A stretch of 62,166 nt of DNA, the filler included, from Thermodesulfobacteriota bacterium (GTDB lineage: Bacteria; DASVDK01): assembly GCA_036381125.1 (NCBI GenBank). It is 5 parts of 5 records of this genome, joined end to end, with 100 filler letters (N's around TTAATTAATTAA, not from the genome) between each part and the next. Parts side by side here need not be neighbours in the genome. Positions count along the whole stretch, not along the records: positions 17,874 to 37,171 come from DASVDK010000286.1; positions 37,272 to 51,555 come from DASVDK010000288.1; 3 more parts are not named here. One strand, 5' to 3'. The notes under the pieces are model-generated. The model made no database searches and was not told where the DNA came from. It saw only the letters and a list, made by a program, of their open reading frames with translations. The position numbers and the translations under genes are program-made. Below are positions 31,448 to 43,043 of the stretch, one piece after another (the stretch's first letter is position 1; every line of letters begins with the position of its first letter).

Positions 31448-31523
31448 GACGGCGGTCGCGGGGCGCCCGTGGGCGCGCCGCCGGCCGGCGTACGTCCTGG
31501 CGGCGCGCGACCTCCGGGCCGGA

Positions 31524-33344
31524 TCACGCGGCCGGCTCGAGCGCCCAGGCGCCGATGCTGAAGACGAGGAGCAGGATCCCGGCTGCGCTCACGGCAACGC
31601 TCGAGACCATCCCGGCCGCCGCGAGCCCGAGGCCGAGGCCGGCGGCCGCCGGCCAGGCCGATGGGCGCGGCATGTGGACCGGAGCCGCGGGCTTCGCGCC
31701 GCCGCTCACCGCGACGGGGCGCCGCTCCGGTCCGCCGGTCCAGAGGGGATAGCGCCCCTCGACGGTCGGGATCGTGGCGAAGTTGTACGCCGGAGGCGGC
31801 GAGGAGATCGACCACTCGAGGGTCGGCGCGTCCCAGGGGTTGGCCGGCGCCCGCTCGCCGCGGCGCAGGCTGCGGACGACGTTCACGACCAGGAGGGCGA
31901 CCCCCACCGCGAGGACGAACGCCCCCACCGTGGCGACGAAGTTCGGGGTGGCGACGTTCAGCTCGGGCGCGTAGGTGTAGATCCGCCGCGGCATCCCGAG
32001 GAGCCCGATGAAGTGCATGGGGAAGAACGTCAGGTTGAGCCCCACGAAGATGAGCCAGAACGCCCACTTTCCGAGCCGCTCGTCGAGCATTCGGCCGCTC
32101 ATCTTCGGGAACCAGAAGTGGAGCCCCGCAAGCGCGGCGAGCACCGTCCCGCCGAAGAGGACGTAGTGGATGTGGGCGACCACGAAGTAGGTGTCGGTCT
32201 GCTGGAGGTCGGCCGGAGGCGAGGCGTGCATGACCCCCGAGAGACCGCCGATGACGAACATCCCGATGAAGGCGGCCGCGTAGTAGAGCGGGGTGCGGAG
32301 CCGTATCGACCCGCCCCAGAGCGTGGCGAGCCAGTTGAAGATCTTCACCCCGGTCGGGACGGCGATGGCCATGCTCCCGATGCCGAACACCGAATCGGCC
32401 AGCGGGCCGAGTCCGACGGCGAACATGTGGTGCGCCCAGACGCCGAAGCCGAGCACCGCGATCGCGATGCCCGAGAAGACCATGAACGGGTAGCCGAAGA
32501 GCGGCTTGCGGGCCATGGCCGGCAGGACCTCGGAGATGATGCCGAAGGCCGGCAGGATCAGGATGTAGACCTCCGGGTGCCCGAAGACCCAGAAGAGGTG
32601 CTGCCAGAGGACCGGATCGCCGCCGGCCGACGGGTCGTAGAAGTGGGTCCCGAAGAAGCGATCGAACATGAGCAGGATCAGGGCCACCGTCACCGGCGGG
32701 AAGGCGAGCGCGACGAGGACGTTCGTGATCAGCGTCATCCAGACGAACAGCGGCATGCGCAGGAGCCGCATCCCCGGGCAGCGCAGGTTGACGATGGTCA
32801 CGATGAAGTTGAAGGCGGAGGCAAGCGTGCCGACGCCGAGCACCTGGATGCCGAGCATCCAGAAGTCGATGCCCCGGCCGGGTGAGAACGCGCGGCTCGT
32901 GAGGTTGGCGTAGCCGAACCAGCCGGCGTCCGGCACCTCGCCCACGAGCCAGCTCGCGTTGAGGAGGAGGCCGCCGGCGAGGAAGACCCAGTAGCTGAAG
33001 GCGTTGAGGCGCGGGAAGGCGACGTCGCGCGCGCCGATCATGAGCGGCACGAGGTAGTTGAAGGCCGCGGCGTTGAGCGGCATGAGCGCGAGGAAGATCA
33101 TCGTCGTGCCGTGCATGGTGAAGAGCTGGTTGTACGTCTCGGCATCGACGACGGTGTTGCCGGGCAGCGCGAGCTGGACCCGGATGAGGAGCGCCTCCAC
33201 GCCCCCCAGGAGGAAGAACAGGCCGGCTGTGACGCCGTAGAGTATCCCGATCCGCTTGTGATCGACTGTGGTGATCCAGTCCCATAGCCGCCCGGTTCGG
33301 GAAGAGGGTGCGGCGGCGGCCTCCGATGTCGTCGTCACGGTCAT
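31524..33344 (-). CDS. ctaD: cytochrome c oxidase subunit I (A1-type), no subunit II/III genes nearby
   Basis: DHKRIG, FTMHGT, FGHPEVY, WAHHMF, PTGVK, AHIHYV, GMPRR. Confidence 0.96.
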   Translation of the reverse strand: MTVTTTSEAAAAPSSRTGRLWDWITTVDHKRIGILYGVTAGLFFLLGGVEALLIRVQLALPGNTVVDAETYNQLFTMHGTTMIFLALMPLNAAAFNYLVPLMIGARDVAFPRLNAFSYWVFLAGGLLLNASWLVGEVPDAGWFGYANLTSRAFSPGRGIDFWMLGIQVLGVGTLASAFNFIVTIVNLRCPGMRLLRMPLFVWMTLITNVLVALAFPPVTVALILLMFDRFFGTHFYDPSAGGDPVLWQHLFWVFGHPEVYILILPAFGIISEVLPAMARKPLFGYPFMVFSGIAIAVLGFGVWAHHMFAVGLGPLADSVFGIGSMAIAVPTGVKIFNWLATLWGGSIRLRTPLYYAAAFIGMFVIGGLSGVMHASPPADLQQTDTYFVVAHIHYVLFGGTVLAALAGLHFWFPKMSGRMLDERLGKWAFWLIFVGLNLTFFPMHFIGLLGMPRRIYTYAPELNVATPNFVATVGAFVLAVGVALLVVNVVRSLRRGERAPANPWDAPTLEWSISSPPPAYNFATIPTVEGRYPLWTGGPERRPVAVSGGAKPAAPVHMPRPSAWPAAAGLGLGLAAAGMVSSVAVSAAGILLLVFSIGAWALEPAA

Positions 33345-33403
33345 GCGCGTCCTCGGCTGTGTTCCGGGCCCCGGTGCCTGTCCGGCCCCGCTACCGTCTT
33401 CTG

Positions 33404-33446
33404 AGGATGCGACGTCCGGCGGCGCGTTGCCTTGACCCGGGTCAAG
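33404..33446 (-). promoter_or_regulatory. FNR/DNR-type class II promoter of ctaD
   Basis: perfect palindrome CTTGACCCGGGTCAAG (33431-33446) at about -41.5 relative to the start implied by -10 CATCCT (33404-33409). Confidence 0.75.
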
Positions 33447-33519
33447 TCCAGCGGCGGAGGCGGTCTCGGGAGCGACGCGGTACCTTTCGGGGAGGGTTCG
33501 CGTCGAACAGGGGTGGCGT

Positions 33520-34239
33520 ATGACGGCAGGCGGCGAGACGCGGGAACGGGAGGCGTTTCGCATCCTTACGGAGCTTGTGGGCGAGAGCGGGCCCCCCCCG
33601 ATCGCCTACCCCCGGTTGTCCGCGTGGCTGGCGGGCAGGCCGGCCGTCGAGCGCCGGCGGGGCGAGGTCCTCTTCGCCGACGGCGACGCCTATCGGGGCG
33701 CCGTCTTCCTCGTCGCCGGCACGGTGGCGCTCCGCAAGACGTCGGCGCGCGGCCGCGCGTTGATCCTCTCGGTCGAGACGGCCGGACGGCTCTTCGGTGA
33801 GCCGCCGCACTTCACCGGGGAGCCGGGCTACACGGTGTCGGCGCACGTGGTCGCCCCGTCGCGGATCATCTGGCTCACGCCCGCCGAGGTCGACTCGGCG
33901 CTCGAGGAGCCGCCGGTCGGGCGGGAGATCGTGGCGAACCTCGCGCGCAAGCTCCAGTATTTCCGGCACACGATCTTCGAGTTCACCCTCATCGACACGC
34001 AGCGCCGGCTCTACCGCTTCCTCCACGACCTCGCCCGCTCGGCCCAGCACCGCAACCCGCCGCTCCTGCCGACGACCGTCACCCTCCCGATCAGCAAACT
34101 CGAGCTGTCGCAGCTCATGGGCGTCACGCCCGAGACCCTCTCCCGGAGCTTCGAGGCGCTGGAGGCGGCCGGCGCCCTGGTGCGCCTGCCGGGGCGGGCG
34201 ATCCGGCTGCGGCGCTGGGCCGAGGGGGACCCCGCCTAG
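33520..34239 (+). CDS. Crp/Fnr family transcriptional regulator (no cysteines)
   Basis: cNMP-type beta-barrel (GRLFGE), HTH GVTPETLSR. Confidence 0.92.
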   Translation: MTAGGETREREAFRILTELVGESGPPPIAYPRLSAWLAGRPAVERRRGEVLFADGDAYRGAVFLVAGTVALRKTSARGRALILSVETAGRLFGEPPHFTGEPGYTVSAHVVAPSRIIWLTPAEVDSALEEPPVGREIVANLARKLQYFRHTIFEFTLIDTQRRLYRFLHDLARSAQHRNPPLLPTTVTLPISKLELSQLMGVTPETLSRSFEALEAAGALVRLPGRAIRLRRWAEGDPA

Positions 34240-34252
34240 GGCCCCGCCGGAC

Positions 34253-34294
34253 TTGATGTGCGTCAAGGCGACCCCGATGGGCCGCCGGTAGGAT
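34253..34294 (+). promoter_or_regulatory. second FNR/DNR-type class II promoter
   Basis: TTGAT-GTGC-GTCAA (34253-34266) with -10 TAGGAT (34289-34294) at class II spacing. Confidence 0.7.
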
Positions 34295-34398
34295 GATTCT
34301 CAGGCGGCTGGCGATTCCCTTCCCCGACCCCCGAGTGTGCCGCCTTGCCGCTCCCACCGAGAGCCGAGCGGTCCATGGCCCGGACCCCCGACGTCTCG

Positions 34399-34440
34399 AG
34401 GCGCTCGGGCGCCGATTCCGTCTCCGGCGCCCGAGCGCCT
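34399..34440. terminator. strong hairpin (16-bp perfect stem, 10-nt loop)
   Basis: AGGCGCTCGGGCGCCG / CGGCGCCCGAGCGCCT; no U-tract. Confidence 0.5.
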
Positions 34441-34585
34441 TGGGCCGCGCTCGAGGGCCATCCTGGTGCTTGTACCGGATATAACCGTGTTCGGCTACAA
34501 TGGCTGGCGGCATCGGCCGTCCCGGCGCCGCTCGAAGGGGACGGCCCGAACCGACAGGATTCCTCACCGAGCAAGGGGAGATGTT

Positions 34586-36532
<1,947 letters not shown>

Positions 36533-36541
36533 GCGCCCGTG

Positions 36542-36580
36542 GCCTGCCCGAGCGGAGCCTTCGGGCTCCGCTCGGCAGGC
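36542..36580 (+). terminator. hairpin after acs
   Basis: CCGAGCGGAGCC-TTCG-GGCTCCGCTCGG with cUUCGg tetraloop between convergent genes. Confidence 0.7.
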
Positions 36581-36604
36581 GCCGCCCCTGCCGACGTACG
36601 TCGT

Positions 36605-37171
36605 TCACCTTGCGTCGGAGCCGATCCTGCCCGCGGCGTGCGCTCCCCGGCGTCGCGCCGCCCTTCGGCGTCCCCTGTGCCGACCCGAGTCCCCGTGGAT
36701 GTCGCGAGCCTGAAGGACGCGATCCCGTGCCGCCCAGATGTGCTCGCGCATCAGCGCGTCGGCCCTGACGGCGTCGCGAGCGATGAGCGCGGCGAGGATG
36801 CGCTTGTGCGCGACGTGCGACTCACGGATCTGGTCCGGCGTGAAGTTGGCGAAGGTCCGAACGGCGAACGGCAGGTCGGTGATCTGATCGATCAACTTCT
36901 TCAAGGTCCGGTTCTGGACCAAGCTGTAGAGGAAGCCGTGGAACTCGTTGTTCATCCGCCGGAACGTGTCGCGCATCTCCGGCCCGTAGTGACCCGAAGC
37001 GGCACTCTTCTCGAGGATGGCCTCCATGCCGAGCACGATCCGCTCGAGAGCAGCGGCCTGCTCGGCGGACAGCCCTCGCGCGGCGACCTCCCGCATCGCC
37101 TCCGCTTCGAGGATGGCCCGGCAGGCATAGAGGTCCCGGACGTCGGCTTCCGTGTACCGGCGGGCTCGATG
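36605..37171 (-). CDS. GntR family regulator, FCD domain (5' truncated)
   Basis: DVRDLYACRAILE, NNEFH, HKRILAALIARD...MREHI. Confidence 0.85.
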   Translation of the reverse strand, partial: HRARRYTEADVRDLYACRAILEAEAMREVAARGLSAEQAAALERIVLGMEAILEKSAASGHYGPEMRDTFRRMNNEFHGFLYSLVQNRTLKKLIDQITDLPFAVRTFANFTPDQIRESHVAHKRILAALIARDAVRADALMREHIWAARDRVLQARDIHGDSGRHRGRRRAARRRGAHAAGRIGSDAR

Positions 37172-37271
37172 NNNNNNNNNNNNNNNNNNNNNNNNNNNNN
37201 NNNNNNNNNNNNNNNTTAATTAATTAANNNNNNNNNNNNNNNNNNNNNNNNNNNNNNNNNNNNNNNNNNNN
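37172..37271. other. artificial contig linker
   Basis: N-run with TTAATTAATTAA. Confidence 0.99.
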
Positions 37272-37933
37272 CCTCCGGCTGCGGCAAGTCGACCCTCCTC
37301 GAGGTCATCGCCGGGCTCGTCGCGTCCACCGGCGGCGAGGTCGAGTTCGAGGGGAGGCCGATCGCCGACGGCGTACCGGACGGGGTCGGCGTCGTCTTCC
37401 AGGAGGACGCCTGCTTCCCCTGGCTCGACGTGGCCGACAACATCGCCTTCGGGCTGCGCAGGAGCGGCCTCCCCGCCGGCGAGCGGCGGGCGCGCGTCGA
37501 GCGGGCGCTCGAGATGATGGGGCTCACCGGCTTCGCGAGGAGCTATCCGGCGCAGCTCTCGGGCGGCATGCGGCAGCGGGTGTGCATCGCCCGGACCCTC
37601 GTCATGCAGCCGCGGCTCATCCTCCTCGACGAGCCGTTCGGCGCGCTCGACCAGCAGACGCGGCTGCTCATGGGCGAGGAGGTCCTCCGCCTCTGGCGCG
37701 AGACCGGGGCCACCGTCTTCCTCATCACCCACGCCCTCGACGAGGCCGCCATGCTGGCCGACCGGATCGGCGTCATGTCGGCGCGGCCGGGGCGGCTGCT
37801 CGCCACCGTGAGGACCGGCTGGCCCAGGGAGCGCGACAGCCGCGTCGTCGCCGACCCCAGGTTCGGGGCGGTCACCGGCCGGCTCTGGGACTGGCTGCGC
37901 GCGGAGTCGCTCAAGGCCATGGGCAGGCCATGA
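37272..37933 (+). CDS. NitT/TauT ABC ATP-binding protein (5' truncated)
   Basis: SGCGKST, LSGGMRQR, LLDEPFGALD. Confidence 0.92.
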
Positions 37934-38694
37934 CCCGGACCGGCAACCGGATCGCCCTCCTGCGAATCGCGGTGCTCGCCGCGGCCGTCGGCCTGCTCGA
38001 GGTCCTCTGCCGGACCGGCGTCATCGACAACTTCACCATGCCGCCCCCCTCGCGGATCGTGCGCGACCTCGCGGCCATCCTCGCCTCCGGCACGCTGATG
38101 CCGGCCATCCTCAAGACCCTCGGCAACGCCGCCACCGCGTTCGTCCTGGCCGTCTCGGTCGGCGTGACCGCGGCCGTACTCATCCACGCCTTCCGGGGGC
38201 TGCGCGAGGCGCTCGACCCCCTCTTCGCGACCTACTACGCCATCCCGGTCCTCGCGTTCTACCCGCTGCTCATCATCCTCTTCGGCCTGGGCGACGTGCC
38301 GCAGATCGTCATCGCCTTCATGCTCGGGGTGGTCGCCGTCATCGTGAACACGCTGAACGGCCTCGACCGGGTGCCGCGCGTCCTCCTCAAGACCGCGCGC
38401 ATCCACCGCATGACGCCGCTCGAGATCGCGTCGAGGGTCACGCTGCCGTACGCCGTGCCGCACGTACTGACGGGCGTGCGGCTCGCCATCGCCTACTCGC
38501 TCATCGGCATCGTCGGCTCCGAGTTCATCATGTCGAAGGGGGGCATGGGCTTCGAGATCGCCTTCGCCTACATGAGCTTCGACAACGCGACGATGTACCC
38601 GCTCATCCTCCTGATCCTCGTGGTCTCGATCACCGCCAACCTGCTGCTCGCGGCCTGGGAGCGGACGCTCCTGGCGCGGCGGGGGCTGCGATGA
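37930..38694 (+). CDS. NitT/TauT ABC permease
   Basis: MPPPS, YYAIPVLAFYPL, GIVGSEF. Confidence 0.9.
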   Translation: MTRTGNRIALLRIAVLAAAVGLLEVLCRTGVIDNFTMPPPSRIVRDLAAILASGTLMPAILKTLGNAATAFVLAVSVGVTAAVLIHAFRGLREALDPLFATYYAIPVLAFYPLLIILFGLGDVPQIVIAFMLGVVAVIVNTLNGLDRVPRVLLKTARIHRMTPLEIASRVTLPYAVPHVLTGVRLAIAYSLIGIVGSEFIMSKGGMGFEIAFAYMSFDNATMYPLILLILVVSITANLLLAAWERTLLARRGLR

Positions 38695-39443
38695 GCGGCG
38701 CCGCGGCGGCGAGGCGCTGGCGCGGGCCGGCGGCCCTGATCGTGGGCCTCCTGGTCCTCTGGCAGCTTCTCTACCTGCTCGCCGGCGAGGTCGCCCTCAG
38801 GACGCCGGCCCAGACGGTCGCGTACACGCTCTCGCTCGTCCCCCAGGACGCCTTCTGGACGCACGTCGAGGAGTCGGCCACGGCCTTCGGGGCCGCGCTC
38901 GCGATCGCCGTGGCGTCCGGCCTCGCCATCGGGCTGCTCCTCGGCTTCCACCGGCTCTCCGGCGACGTGGGGGAGCCGATGCTCGTCGCCGTCTACTCCA
39001 TACCGAAGGTGACCCTCTACCCCATCGTGCTGCTCGCCTTCGGCCTCGGGATGCCGGCCAAGATCGCCTTCGGCGCCATCCACGGCTTCGTGCCGATCGC
39101 CCTCTTCACCATCAACGCCGTGCGCAACATCCGGCCCATCCTCGTCAAGACCGGCCGCGTGCTGAGGCTCGGCCCGATCGAGACCGCGACGCGGATCCTC
39201 CTGCCCGCCGCGCTGCCGGAGATCTTCACTGGGCTGCGGATCGGCTTCGCGCTCACCCTGATCGGGACCCTCCTCGGGGAGATGTTCGCCTCTCAGCGCG
39301 GCCTCGGCTACATGCTCATGAACGCCATCGGCCTGCACAACGTCGACGTCATCATGTCGGTGACGTTCCTGCTGATCGTCTTCGCCGCGGTCGTGAGCTC
39401 CATCCTCCTGCGCATCGACCGGGCGCTCCATCGGCGGTTCTGA
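38691..39443 (+). CDS. NitT/TauT ABC permease
   Basis: YSIPKVTLYP, LPAALPEIFTGLR, LGEMFAS. Confidence 0.9.
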   Translation: MSGAAAARRWRGPAALIVGLLVLWQLLYLLAGEVALRTPAQTVAYTLSLVPQDAFWTHVEESATAFGAALAIAVASGLAIGLLLGFHRLSGDVGEPMLVAVYSIPKVTLYPIVLLAFGLGMPAKIAFGAIHGFVPIALFTINAVRNIRPILVKTGRVLRLGPIETATRILLPAALPEIFTGLRIGFALTLIGTLLGEMFASQRGLGYMLMNAIGLHNVDVIMSVTFLLIVFAAVVSSILLRIDRALHRRF

Positions 39444-39472
39444 GGAGGCGTGAGGGGCGGCGCACGGCGCTC

Positions 39473-40351
39473 TCAGGCGTAGAGGAAGCCTTCCCGGCGG
39501 ACCCTTGCGTCGCCTGCGATCCCCTCGTGAGGCGCCGACCGCCAGGCGTCGGCGACGCCCGCCGCGGCGATGACGGCGTCCAGCGCGTCCCCGCCGCCGT
39601 CGCGCATGATCCGCGCGCGGTCGGTCGCGCCGATCTCCACGTAGGGCCCCAGGCCCTCCAGGATCGCCTGCCGCGTCCGGCGGCGCCGGCCGGTCAGCGG
39701 TCCGCCCTCCGGCTGCTTGTAGGTGTGGTGCGGCAGGCCGAGCCGCTTGAGGGTGGAGCTGGGGCACGTCTCCACGAGCACCCGCGTCGCTGCTCGGAGG
39801 CGCCCGTAGTGGAACGGGAGGATGGCCGTGCCGGGCGATCGACGGAGGGGCCAGAGCACGTCCCGCATGACGTGGAACGTCTGGTAGATGATGCGGTAGT
39901 GGTAGCAGTCGAACGGCGCCCGCGCCGCCCGGTCCGTCGCCCGGTAGACGTGCTGCGGCCCGCCGCGCGCCCGCGCGCGAGCCAGGCACCAGAGGCCCAG
40001 GTCGTAGCCGTCGGCACGCCAGTCGCGGACGAACCGCATGAGGCCCGCCCACGTCATCCCCGGGTCCAGGACCTCGACGGGCAGGCCGAACGGCGCGTCG
40101 ATCCCCCAGAGCGCGTCGCTCGAGCGGCGGATCATCTCGACCAGGTAGCCCAGCGCGCGCTCCCGCAGCGGGCTCCCGGCGGCACGTTCCAGGTTGACGA
40201 GCTCGACGAGGCGGAGCGCCCGCCGCCCCGCGCGAGGCTCCGCGCGCGCCACCCAGAGCGTCCGGCCCGCGAGCCTGGCCCCGCTGAAGTCCACGCCGTA
40301 GACGGTGGAGAAGCGACGAGCGCGGAGGGCGGCGAGGGAGTATGCGGGCAT
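39473..40351 (-). CDS. DUF429-like protein (predicted RNase H-fold nuclease)
   Basis: YGVDFSGA, GIDAPFGLP, RATD, VETCP, DALDAVIAA, EGFLY. Confidence 0.8.
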   Translation of the reverse strand: MPAYSLAALRARRFSTVYGVDFSGARLAGRTLWVARAEPRAGRRALRLVELVNLERAAGSPLRERALGYLVEMIRRSSDALWGIDAPFGLPVEVLDPGMTWAGLMRFVRDWRADGYDLGLWCLARARARGGPQHVYRATDRAARAPFDCYHYRIIYQTFHVMRDVLWPLRRSPGTAILPFHYGRLRAATRVLVETCPSSTLKRLGLPHHTYKQPEGGPLTGRRRRTRQAILEGLGPYVEIGATDRARIMRDGGGDALDAVIAAAGVADAWRSAPHEGIAGDARVRREGFLYA

Positions 40352-40558
40352 GGGCTCGATCAGACCCGGTGACCGTGTCGGCGCCGGTCGGCGAGCCGGC
40401 GAGCGTCGTGTCGCTCCACGATGCGACGACCCGATTCTAGCGTCCTTCCCGGTCCCCGACGATGGGTGCGCGTCGATCGATCGCAGACGTGGCAGACTGG
40501 ATCGTGTCGCGCGCTCGGAGGCGCCGCTCGCCCGGGCGAGCAAGCCGCGGAGGCGTCG

Positions 40559-41080
40559 ATGAACCACGCCCAGACGCTGTTCACGGTCTTCTTCGCGATC
40601 TTCTGGAGCTCGGTGGCGACCGCGTGGACCCCGTGGAGGCCCTTTCACTGGCCCGTGGCGCTCCGCAAGGAGGGCCGCCCCGTGCTCAGGCGGAGCCTCG
40701 CAGCGCTCGCCTGCCTGAACCTCCTGCCGGTCGTCACCGCCGCCTGGACCCTCTGGCTCCTCGAGGACTTCCCCGACGTGATCGAAGGCGGGCTCGGGTC
40801 CTGGATCTGGGCGTGCGTCGCCGGCGTCCTGCCGGCCTTCTCCATCTTCGGCTTCTCGCGCTTCTGGATCGGGCTCGTGGAGGCGTGGCCGGACCGCTTC
40901 TACCTGAAGCGCGACGCGCTCTCCAGGCTCGGCCTGCCCGCGAGCTGCGCGGAGGAGGAGGTGGAGCCGTCGCAGGAGACGCTCCGCCTCCACTGCTCGC
41001 GGACCGTCGGCAAGGCCGACCTGATCTCGGGCGCGGTCTACGTGGCGGCGAGCATCCTGATCGCGGCGGTGGTGGCGTGA
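40559..41080 (+). CDS. hypothetical membrane protein
   Basis: RBS GGAGG; about 4 hydrophobic segments; no family recognised. Confidence 0.65.
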   Translation: MNHAQTLFTVFFAIFWSSVATAWTPWRPFHWPVALRKEGRPVLRRSLAALACLNLLPVVTAAWTLWLLEDFPDVIEGGLGSWIWACVAGVLPAFSIFGFSRFWIGLVEAWPDRFYLKRDALSRLGLPASCAEEEVEPSQETLRLHCSRTVGKADLISGAVYVAASILIAAVVA

Positions 41081-41129
41081 GGCGGCGGCGCTCGCCGGGC
41101 CGTCCGGCGATCCCTCACGAGGGGGGGCG

Positions 41130-41774
41130 ATGACCGGTCCGCCGGGGGTCGAGGCGCTGATCCGGGCGATCGAGGCCGAGGGCGTGACCGACTCGCGCGT
41201 GCTCGACGCCTTCCGCGCCGTCCGCCGCGACGAGTTCGTGCCGCCCGGCTTCGTCGACCAGGCCTACCGCGACCGACCGCTCCCCATCGGCCACGGGCAG
41301 GTCACGACGCAGCCGTCGCTGGTCGCGCAGATGGTCGCCGCGCTCCGGCTCGCGCCCGACGACCGCGTGCTCGAGATCGGCACCGGCCTCGGCTTCCAGG
41401 CGGCCGTCCTCTCCCGGCTCTGCCGCGAGGTCGTCACGATCGAGCGCTTCGCCGACCTCGCCCGCGCGGCCGAGCGGAACCTCGAGCGGGCCGGGATCCG
41501 CAACGTGATCGTCCTCGTCGGCGACGGCACGCTCGGCGCCCCGGCGCACGCCCCGTTCCAGGCGGTGATCGGCGCCGCGGCCGCACCGCGCATCCCGCCG
41601 CCCCTCGCCGAGCAACTCGCCGACGGCGGCCGGCTCGTCATGCCCATCGGCCCGGGCGGCGCCGAGGACGTGGCCGTGTTCGAGAAGCGGGGACGCGAAC
41701 TCGTCCGACTCGGCTCGGTCGTCCCCGCCGCCTTCGTCCCGATGGTCGGCGCCCACGGGCACGCCGAGGGGTGA
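41130..41774 (+). CDS. pcm: protein-L-isoaspartate O-methyltransferase
   Basis: AYRDRPLPIGHGQ, VLEIGTG, VGDGTLG, QLADGGRLVMPIG. Confidence 0.92.
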   Translation: MTGPPGVEALIRAIEAEGVTDSRVLDAFRAVRRDEFVPPGFVDQAYRDRPLPIGHGQVTTQPSLVAQMVAALRLAPDDRVLEIGTGLGFQAAVLSRLCREVVTIERFADLARAAERNLERAGIRNVIVLVGDGTLGAPAHAPFQAVIGAAAAPRIPPPLAEQLADGGRLVMPIGPGGAEDVAVFEKRGRELVRLGSVVPAAFVPMVGAHGHAEG

Positions 41775-41807
41775 GGGCGGGCCGATGGCGGGCGTCGCCT
41801 CCTCCGG

Positions 41808-43043
41808 CTAACGGGCGGCGGCGGCGGCCGCGCGGCGACGGGCGACGAGGGCCAGCGCACCGCCGGCCGCCCCGAGAAGCCCGAGCACCAGGAAGGTCGT
41901 GCGGTAGGTGCCGACGAGCTCGTACAGACCGGCAAACGCCCCCGGCGCCACGAGCACGCCCCCGAAGCTGAAGAACATCGCTCCGCCGGTCGCGATGCCG
42001 ATGGAGCCGGCGCTGCTGAGGCGAGCCACCTCGGCCTGGAAGATGCCGGTCCAGCCGACCGCGCTCGCCCCGGTCAACACGGCGGTGAGCGCGAAGGCGA
42101 CGGGGCCCCATCCGGCCTGCAGCGACGCGACGAGCACGCAGGCCGCCGCCGTGACGCCGCCGAGGAGCGCGAGGAGCTCGAGCGGAGCCCGCAGGCGATC
42201 GGCAAGCCAGCCCCAGACGATCCGCCCGCAGAAGGCACTGCCCTGCGCCGTCGCGAGAAGGACCCCGGCGGCCACGAGCCCCATGCCGACCTCGCTGGTG
42301 AGATACGCCACGAGGAAGGTCGTCACCGTCACCTGCACGCCGGCGAAGCAGAGCGCCGCGAGCGCCAACGCCCGGAGCGGGACCGAGCCCCAGACCACAC
42401 GCAGACCGGCGAGCGGGCTGGTCCAGATCGCCGCGTCCCGGTCGCGGTCGGCGTCCCAGATGCCACGCCGAGGCTGCGAGAGGACGGCGAGGGCGAGCGC
42501 CGCAGCGGCCACGCCGGCCAGCATCGCCCGCCACCCGAACGCCTGGGCGACCGGCGGCGCCAGGAGCCCCGCGGCGATGCCTCCGAGCGGCACGCCGGTC
42601 TGCTTGATGGAGAAGATCAGGTTGCGGCGGGCCCGCGGCGTCCATCGGCCGAGCAGGTGGCCCGCGGCCGGGTTCAGGAGGCCGTAGGCGCTCCCGAGCG
42701 CGATCGAGCCGGCGGCGATCGCCGGGGCCGTGCCGAGCGCCTCGACGCCGAGCCCGAGCGCCGTGACGAGCATGGCAACCTGCCCGGTCCGAGAGCCGCC
42801 GAGCCGGCGGACCAGACCGCCCGCAATCGGCGACGCCAGCGTCGCGGCCAGGTAGACCAGGCTGACCTGGACGCCGATCAGACTCGGCTCGAGGCCGAGC
42901 GACGCCGCCACCAGCGGCGCCATCGCCGGCATCACGAGCAGCGCCGCCGCCGCCACCGTCTGGACCGCGGTTACCTCGGCCAACAGCAGGCCGACGTGCG
43001 GCGCCGGTGCGTTCCCCTCCGTGGACCCGTCGAGCGGCGTCAA
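41808..43043 (-). CDS. MFS transporter
   Basis: FSIKQTGVPLGG, GRIVWGWLADRL; TTG start overlapping the upstream stop. Confidence 0.88.
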   Translation of the reverse strand: MTPLDGSTEGNAPAPHVGLLLAEVTAVQTVAAAALLVMPAMAPLVAASLGLEPSLIGVQVSLVYLAATLASPIAGGLVRRLGGSRTGQVAMLVTALGLGVEALGTAPAIAAGSIALGSAYGLLNPAAGHLLGRWTPRARRNLIFSIKQTGVPLGGIAAGLLAPPVAQAFGWRAMLAGVAAAALALAVLSQPRRGIWDADRDRDAAIWTSPLAGLRVVWGSVPLRALALAALCFAGVQVTVTTFLVAYLTSEVGMGLVAAGVLLATAQGSAFCGRIVWGWLADRLRAPLELLALLGGVTAAACVLVASLQAGWGPVAFALTAVLTGASAVGWTGIFQAEVARLSSAGSIGIATGGAMFFSFGGVLVAPGAFAGLYELVGTYRTTFLVLGLLGAAGGALALVARRRAAAAAAR

